DNA of 64,000 nucleotides from Escherichia coli (GTDB lineage Bacteria; Pseudomonadota; Gammaproteobacteria; Enterobacterales; Enterobacteriaceae): NCBI RefSeq assembly GCF_041248615.1, contig NZ_CP158426.1; one strand, 5' to 3'. Shown piece by piece: positions 58,554 to 64,000 of this stretch (position 1 is its first letter; each line of letters starts with the position of its first letter). The notes under the pieces were generated by a model. It saw only the letters and a program-made list of their open reading frames with translations, ran no database searches and was not told where the DNA came from. The position numbers and the translations under genes were made by a program.

Positions 58554-59363
58554 ATGAATGATTCACTCAAGGCGCAATGCGTTGCCGAGTTTTTAGGCAC
58601 CGGACTGTTCCTCTTTTTTGGCATTGGTTGTTTGTGCGCCCTGAAAGTTGCCGGGGCAAGTCTGGGACTGTGGGAAATTTGTATCATTTGGGGGTTAGGG
58701 ATTTCGCTTGCTGTTTACCTTACGGCAGGTATTTCCGGCGCTCATCTCAACCCGGCAGTTACCATTGCTCTGTGGCTGTTTGCCTCTTTCCCAGCCCGTA
58801 AAGTGCTGCCATTTTGTGTGGCGCAATTAGCGGGTGCTTTTGGTGGTGCGATTCTGGCATATTCTCTCTACAGCAGTTTATTTACCGATTTTGAATCTGC
58901 TCACAATATGGTGCGTGGTAGCGCAGAAAGTTTACAACTCGCCAGTATCTTCAGTACTTATCCGGCAGCGGCGATTAATGTATGGCAAGCTGCGTTGGTC
59001 GAAGTGGTCATAACGTCCATGTTAATGGGGTTGATTATGGCGTTGACCGATGACGGTAATGGCGTACCCAAAGGACCACTTGCGCCTTTACTTATTGGTA
59101 TTCTGGTTGCTGTTATTGGTGCTTCTACCGGACCATTAACCGGTTTTGCCATGAATCCAGCGCGTGATTTTGGACCTAAGATTTTCACCTGGCTTGCGGG
59201 GTGGGGAGAAATTGCGATGACTGGTGGACGCAATATTCCTTATTTCATTGTACCCATTATTGCACCGATCATTGGGGCATGTGTTGGTGCGGCGATTTAT
59301 CGCTATCTCATTGCAAAGAATTTACCTGTCAATAGTGTAGCGCCTAAAGAAATTAGCGAATAA
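58554..59363 (+). CDS. pduF: Propanediol diffusion facilitator PduF (aquaglyceroporin, MIP family)
   Basis: MNDSLKAQCVAEFLGTGLFLFFG and two NPA motifs (HLNPAVT, MNPARD); ORF track start 58515 likely an extension. Confidence 0.88.
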   Translation: MNDSLKAQCVAEFLGTGLFLFFGIGCLCALKVAGASLGLWEICIIWGLGISLAVYLTAGISGAHLNPAVTIALWLFASFPARKVLPFCVAQLAGAFGGAILAYSLYSSLFTDFESAHNMVRGSAESLQLASIFSTYPAAAINVWQAALVEVVITSMLMGLIMALTDDGNGVPKGPLAPLLIGILVAVIGASTGPLTGFAMNPARDFGPKIFTWLAGWGEIAMTGGRNIPYFIVPIIAPIIGACVGAAIYRYLIAKNLPVNSVAPKEISE

Positions 59364-59565
59364 CGAAATAATCTGGCAGTTATAAACGTTTATTTTTTTA
59401 CTGTTTGTGATCTGCTTTCCGAACTTATTAAAAAGTCTCCCGCTTCATGGAGGCTTTTGTTATTGTCCTTTGTGCTTCTCGTCAGTAAATCATCAGGGAT
59501 GATGTGAAGATTAAATGTAAAACAATTGTTTTGCTATAACAATAAATTAACTGGGAGGTTTTATC

Positions 59566-60480
59566 ATGATTTCTGCGGCGACACTTAATTCAGAACTCAT
59601 TAATAAAATCGCGCAGGATTTTGCGCAGGCGACCAGCCTTGCGGTTGTCGTGGTCAATATTCACGGCGATGAAATTTCCGAGCTGTTTAACTTCACTCCA
59701 TTTTGTCAGATGATGCGGCAACACCCTCAGCTAAGCACTCGATGTCGCATGAGCGATCGTTGTGGGGGCCTGGAAGCCTCTAAATCCGATCAGCCTTGTA
59801 TTTATCGCTGTCATGCCGGATTAACCGATTTCTCTATTCCACTGGTAATCGCCGGGCATTTAGTCGGTTTTGTATTGTGCGGGCAAGTTCGTCTGCGTAA
59901 TGATGATGTCGATTTGGTCGATATTCTGAATGTCGATGATTGCTGGCAGGCAGATCCCGAATTACTTAATGAATTCCGCAAAGTTCCTGAGATGGATTAC
60001 TCAAGAGTTATGGCCTCTGCTGATTTGTTGAAGTTGATTGTGGAAAATTGCCTCAAAAAACAACTCAATTTTGTGGTTATTAAAGAGAACAAATTTCAGT
60101 CAGATTCGGTGCGCCAGACTCGTGCGCCTAATCCCCACGACAATAAAATGAAAAAAGCTTTACGCTATATTGATGCGCATTTATCAGACGATTTGCGTCT
60201 GGAAGATGTCGCCTCGCACGTTTATCTAAGTCCTTATTATTTCAGTAAGTTATTCAAGAAATACCATGGAATCGGTTTTAATGCGTGGGTAAACCAACAA
60301 CGGATGGCCAGCGCTCGTGAGTTACTGTGCCATAGTGACTGGAGCATCGCCAGTATTGCGCGTAATTTAGGTTTTTCGCAAACCAGTTATTTTTGCAAAG
60401 TTTTCCGTCAGACTTATCAGGTTACGCCGCAGGTGTATCGACAGCAAGTGAGTGAAAATGCGGTGATGGAAACGGTATAG
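59566..60480 (+). CDS. pocR: AraC-family transcriptional activator PocR of the pdu/cob regulon
   Basis: 304-aa ORF with C-terminal AraC-type HTH (YLSPYYFSKLFKKYHGIGFNAWVNQQRMASARELL). Confidence 0.85.
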   Translation: MISAATLNSELINKIAQDFAQATSLAVVVVNIHGDEISELFNFTPFCQMMRQHPQLSTRCRMSDRCGGLEASKSDQPCIYRCHAGLTDFSIPLVIAGHLVGFVLCGQVRLRNDDVDLVDILNVDDCWQADPELLNEFRKVPEMDYSRVMASADLLKLIVENCLKKQLNFVVIKENKFQSDSVRQTRAPNPHDNKMKKALRYIDAHLSDDLRLEDVASHVYLSPYYFSKLFKKYHGIGFNAWVNQQRMASARELLCHSDWSIASIARNLGFSQTSYFCKVFRQTYQVTPQVYRQQVSENAVMETV

Positions 60481-60584
60481 AGTAAATGCCCCAAAAAAAG
60501 AGGACGGTTTAAATAAACTCTGCAATGAATAATTAACGTTATTTACCTGTTATGGGAAAAGTGAAATCAGCTCATAACATACGC

Positions 60585-60845
60585 TGACAGGTGTGGCACA
60601 TTTGTGCCTGGGAAGAGGGTGAAAATCCCTCGCAGCCCCCGCTGCTGTAATGCTGACAAACCCGAAAATGCCACTGATCGCGAGATTGGGAAGGTCGGGA
60701 GAGGATGACGCTAAGCCAGAAGACCAGCCAGTCAGTCAATACCAACAACTTCGGTGGGAAGTGGGTTGCCCGGAAGCGTCCGGTAGAGTACCGGCGCGTC
60801 TTTATACCCCTACCACCCTGAAAGGATCAGGGTATGGCGGCATCA
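60585..60845 (+). promoter_or_regulatory. Cobalamin (AdoCbl) riboswitch-like leader, homologous in position to the Salmonella cob operon leader
   Basis: ggtgaaaatccctcgcagcccccgctgctgtaatg core plus gccactg B12-box-like element; boundaries approximate. Confidence 0.6.
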
Positions 60846-60964
60846 TTTAGTTCTTTCATCGCAGTGCCGACAGGCACCAGGGCTGCACTTAAGGTGTGGC
60901 AATCTTGTTTCATGGCTCATCAACCAGACCGCCATTACAGGAAACTAAGTGGAGGGCGAGAGGC

Positions 60965-61402
60965 ATGAAAACGATAAAACCCGAATCGATAGCTCTTTTT
61001 TGCCTCTTATCTGGAGATGTGGATCTGGCGAAACATTTGGCTGAAATATTGCCAATAACTTGTTTTGTTGGTGAGGACTGGCAGCAAGATTTCCAGCCTC
61101 TTGACGGTGGGCCTGTGCAATCGTTATCAGATGTGTATGGCGATTATTCAGTGCTGCTATTGATAGCAGCTGAAAGCGAGATATCCGTACCAGAATGGCT
61201 CGCTCATTCTGAAGGAACGACGGTAATTGTGATTGCAGAACACAATACCCGTTTGCTGACTGGTCCGGCTGGTGGGGCTGTAGCATTGATCCATTATCTG
61301 AATGAAATCTGTCATTCCAGAGAAACCGCTGTCAATGACGCATTTTGTCGTACGTTAACACGAGGAAGTCTGGCTATTCCGCAATGCCATCTTCTTTCGT
61401 AA
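60965..61402 (+). CDS. Unassigned protein, first ORF downstream of the B12 riboswitch-like leader
   Basis: 145-aa ORF from ATG 60965, GGAGG Shine-Dalgarno 9 nt upstream; no family recognised. Confidence 0.45.
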   Translation: MKTIKPESIALFCLLSGDVDLAKHLAEILPITCFVGEDWQQDFQPLDGGPVQSLSDVYGDYSVLLLIAAESEISVPEWLAHSEGTTVIVIAEHNTRLLTGPAGGAVALIHYLNEICHSRETAVNDAFCRTLTRGSLAIPQCHLLS

Positions 61403-61535
61403 TGGATTGAGAATGCTGGATTTTTAATTATATTACGCGCAGTATTAATCGCGTAAATGTTTTGCGGTCAGCAACGGTGGGGGATCCATTGTTCTGTTCA
61501 ATGAATACCATCATACAATTGAATCAGGAGTCGGT

Positions 61536-62081
61536 ATGATGATTTTGGTGACAGGTGGAGCACGGAGCGGGAAGAGTCGCCACGCAGAGGCGCTTATTGG
61601 GGACTCTTCACAGGTTCTGTATATCGCCACCTCGCAAATCCTTGATGATGAGATGGCTGCACGGATAGAACATCATCGGCAAGGCCGCCCGGCGCACTGG
61701 CGCACGGTGGAGCGCTGGCAACATCTTGATGAATTAATTCATGCAGACATTAACCCGCATGAAGCTGTGTTGCTGGAATGCGTTACAACAATGGTGACTA
61801 ATCTGTTGTTTGATTATGGCGGCGATAAAGACCCTGATGAATGGGATTATCAGGCGATGGAACAGGCGATTAATGCTGAGATTCAGTCGTTGATTGCTGC
61901 CTGCCAACGTTGCCCCGCGAAGATTGTATTAGTGACTAACGAAGTGGGAATGGGGATTGTGCCGGAGAGTCGTCTGGCACGACATTTTCGTGATATTGCC
62001 GGGCGGGTAAATCAGCAGCTGGCCGCTGCGGCAAATGAAGTGTGGCTGGTGGTTTCGGGTATTGGAGTAAAAATCAAATGA
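61536..62081 (+). CDS. cobU: Adenosylcobinamide kinase / adenosylcobinamide-phosphate guanylyltransferase CobU
   Basis: 181-aa ORF with P-loop [18 protein letters not shown]. Confidence 0.92.
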   Translation: MMILVTGGARSGKSRHAEALIGDSSQVLYIATSQILDDEMAARIEHHRQGRPAHWRTVERWQHLDELIHADINPHEAVLLECVTTMVTNLLFDYGGDKDPDEWDYQAMEQAINAEIQSLIAACQRCPAKIVLVTNEVGMGIVPESRLARHFRDIAGRVNQQLAAAANEVWLVVSGIGVKIK

Positions 62082-62821
62082 GTAAATTATTTTGGGCGAT
62101 GCTCTCTTTTATTACGCGTCTGCCTGTGCCGCGTCGCTGGTCCCAGGGACTGGATTTCGAGCATTATTCTCGCGGTATTATTACTTTTCCTTTAATTGGT
62201 TTATTGCTTGGCGCGATTAGCGGGCTGGTCTTCATGGCGTTGCAGGCATGGTTTGGCGTACCACTGGCGGCACTGTTTAGCGTGCTGGTGCTGGCGCTGA
62301 TGACCGGGGGATTCCACCTGGACGGCCTCGCCGATACCTGTGATGGCGTATTTTCTGCACGTAGCCGCGATCGCATGTTGGAAATCATGCGTGATAGCCG
62401 TTTAGGCACCCACGGCGGTCTGGCATTGATTTTTGTTGTACTGGCAAAGATTCTGGTGTTAAGCGAGCTGGCTTTGCGTGGCGAACCGATCCTTGCATCG
62501 CTGGCGGCAGCATGCGCGGTCAGCCGCGGGACTGCCGCATTATTGATGTATCGTCATCGTTATGCCCGGGAAGAAGGACTTGGCAATGTGTTCATTGGCA
62601 AAATTGATGGGCGACAAACCTGCGTCACACTCGGCTTAGCCGCTATTTTTGCTGCCGTATTATTGCCGGGTATGCATGGTGTGGCTGCTATGGTGGTGAC
62701 GATGGTGGCGATTTTCATCCTCGGTCAGCTTCTCAAACGTACGCTGGGCGGGCAAACCGGCGATACGCTGGGAGCAGCCATAGAGCTTGGTGAACTGGTC
62801 TTCCTGCTGGCACTGCTATAA
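62078..62821 (+). CDS. cobS: Adenosylcobinamide-GDP ribazoletransferase (cobalamin synthase) CobS
   Basis: [18 protein letters not shown] membrane protein; start overlaps cobU stop (ATGA); ORF track start 62042 is an extension. Confidence 0.92.
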   Translation: MSKLFWAMLSFITRLPVPRRWSQGLDFEHYSRGIITFPLIGLLLGAISGLVFMALQAWFGVPLAALFSVLVLALMTGGFHLDGLADTCDGVFSARSRDRMLEIMRDSRLGTHGGLALIFVVLAKILVLSELALRGEPILASLAAACAVSRGTAALLMYRHRYAREEGLGNVFIGKIDGRQTCVTLGLAAIFAAVLLPGMHGVAAMVVTMVAIFILGQLLKRTLGGQTGDTLGAAIELGELVFLLALL

Positions 62822-62832
62822 AGAGACGTGAC

Positions 62833-63912
62833 ATGCAAATACTTGCCGATTTACTGAATACGATCCCAGCCATCGATCCTACCGCTATGTCGCGTGCACA
62901 ACGGCATATTGACGGGTTACTCAAACCTGTTGGTAGCCTGGGAAAGCTGGAGGCGCTTGCCATACAACTGGCGGGAATGCCGGGGTTGAATGGCATACCG
63001 CATGTGGGCAAAAAAGCGGTACTGGTTATGTGTGCCGATCACGGCGTCTGGGAGGAAGGGGTCGCTATTTCCCCAAAAGAAGTGACAGCCATTCAGGCTG
63101 AAAATATGACCCGCGGAACAACCGGCGTGTGTGTGCTGGCAGCACAAGCGGGCGCTAACGTCCACGTAATTGATGTTGGTATTGATACTGCTGAGCCTAT
63201 CCCCGGGCTTATCAACATGCGTGTCGCACGAGGTAGCGGCAATATTGCTTCAGCTCCGGCAATGAGTCGCCGTCAGGCTGAAAAGTTGCTTTTGGTCGTC
63301 ATATGTTATACGCGGGAGCTGGCAAAAAACGGTGTCACGCTGTTTGGTGTAGGTGAACTGGGGATGGCAAACACGACACCGGCAGCGGCAATAGTCAGCA
63401 CAATCACTGGCCGGGATCCTGAAGAAGTGGTTGGGATTGGCGCAAACCTGCCGACAGATAAACTGGCTAATAAAATTGATGTTGTGCGTCGGGCGATTAC
63501 GTTGAATCAACCAAATCCTCAGGATGGTGTTGATGTCCTGGCAAAAGTGGGTGGATTTGATTTGGTCGGAATAGCTGGAGTGATGTTAGGTGCTGCTTCC
63601 TGCGGTTTACCCGTGTTGCTGGATGGATTTCTTTCTTATGCTGCTGCGCTCGCAGCCTGCCAGATGTCTCCTGCAATCAAACCGTATCTCATTCCTTCTC
63701 ACTTGTCGGCAGAAAAAGGCGCGCGTATAGCGCTGTCGCATTTGGGGCTGGAGCCTTATCTCAATATGGATATGCGTTTAGGTGAGGGGAGTGGTGCAGC
63801 TCTGGCGATGCCCATCATCGAAGCTGCTTGTGCGATATACAACAACATGGGCGAACTTGCTGCCAGTAATATTGTTCTACCGGGGAATACGACTTCTGAT
63901 TTGAACAGTTAA
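62833..63912 (+). CDS. cobT: Nicotinate-nucleotide:dimethylbenzimidazole phosphoribosyltransferase CobT
   Basis: 359-aa [43 protein letters not shown] recognised. Confidence 0.92.
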   Translation: MQILADLLNTIPAIDPTAMSRAQRHIDGLLKPVGSLGKLEALAIQLAGMPGLNGIPHVGKKAVLVMCADHGVWEEGVAISPKEVTAIQAENMTRGTTGVCVLAAQAGANVHVIDVGIDTAEPIPGLINMRVARGSGNIASAPAMSRRQAEKLLLVVICYTRELAKNGVTLFGVGELGMANTTPAAAIVSTITGRDPEEVVGIGANLPTDKLANKIDVVRRAITLNQPNPQDGVDVLAKVGGFDLVGIAGVMLGAASCGLPVLLDGFLSYAAALAACQMSPAIKPYLIPSHLSAEKGARIALSHLGLEPYLNMDMRLGEGSGAALAMPIIEAACAIYNNMGELAASNIVLPGNTTSDLNS

Positions 63913-63973
63913 AAACGAAAAGTCTGATAAAAGCTATACTTAACCGATAGCTTTCGCGACTTAGGAAAGGGAC

Positions 63974-64000
63974 ATGATGCGTCGTGTAAATATTTTTTGC
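63974..64000 (+). CDS. ldtA: 5' end of L,D-transpeptidase LdtA (ErfK), truncated by window edge
   Basis: atgatgcgtcgtgtaaatattttttgc = MMRRVNIFC, matching the remembered ErfK N-terminus; only 9 codons in window. Confidence 0.4.

Noticed and set aside
60650-60850. 66-aa ORF (MLTNPKMPLIARLGRSGEDD...) between pocR and the unassigned ORF
   Set aside because: It coincides with the riboswitch-like structured leader; more likely untranslated RNA than a protein.
61433-61456. Inverted repeat ttacgcg...cgcgtaa upstream of cobU as a possible operator
   Set aside because: Only a 7-bp stem with a 10-nt loop and no recognisable binding-site consensus; too weak to call without comparative data.

Overview
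This window reads as an Enterobacteriaceae (E. coli-like) chromosome segment running from the end of the colanic-acid cluster, through an O-antigen cluster, the his operon, the yefM-yoeB to yeeX core genes, a propanediol-utilisation (Pdu) microcompartment operon, and into cobUST. All identifications come from reading the supplied ORF translations and the DNA; no database search was run. Gene order: wzxC-wcaK-wcaL-wcaM, galF, JUMPstart/ops, an O-antigen cluster (rmlBDAC, wzx, VioA-like aminotransferase, VioB-like acetyltransferase, two unassigned ORFs, wzy, two glycosyltransferases, manC, manB), gnd, ugd, wzzB, hisIFAHBCDG with hisL and attenuator (minus strand), yefM-yoeB, yeeZ, yeeY, plaP, yeeE, yeeD, sbcB, dacD, sbmC, yeeA, yeeX, pduV back to pduA (minus strand), pduF, pocR, a cobalamin riboswitch-like leader, one unassigned ORF, cobU-cobS-cobT and the first codons of ldtA/erfK. 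I do not see a convincing wholly novel multi-gene system. The least explained parts are the 145-aa ORF behind the orphaned B12 riboswitch, the two unassigned ORFs in the AT-rich core of the O-antigen cluster, and the Pdu locus ending at pduV with no pduW/pduX and no cbi genes. No tRNA, rRNA, CRISPR array, IS element or integrase was recognised.
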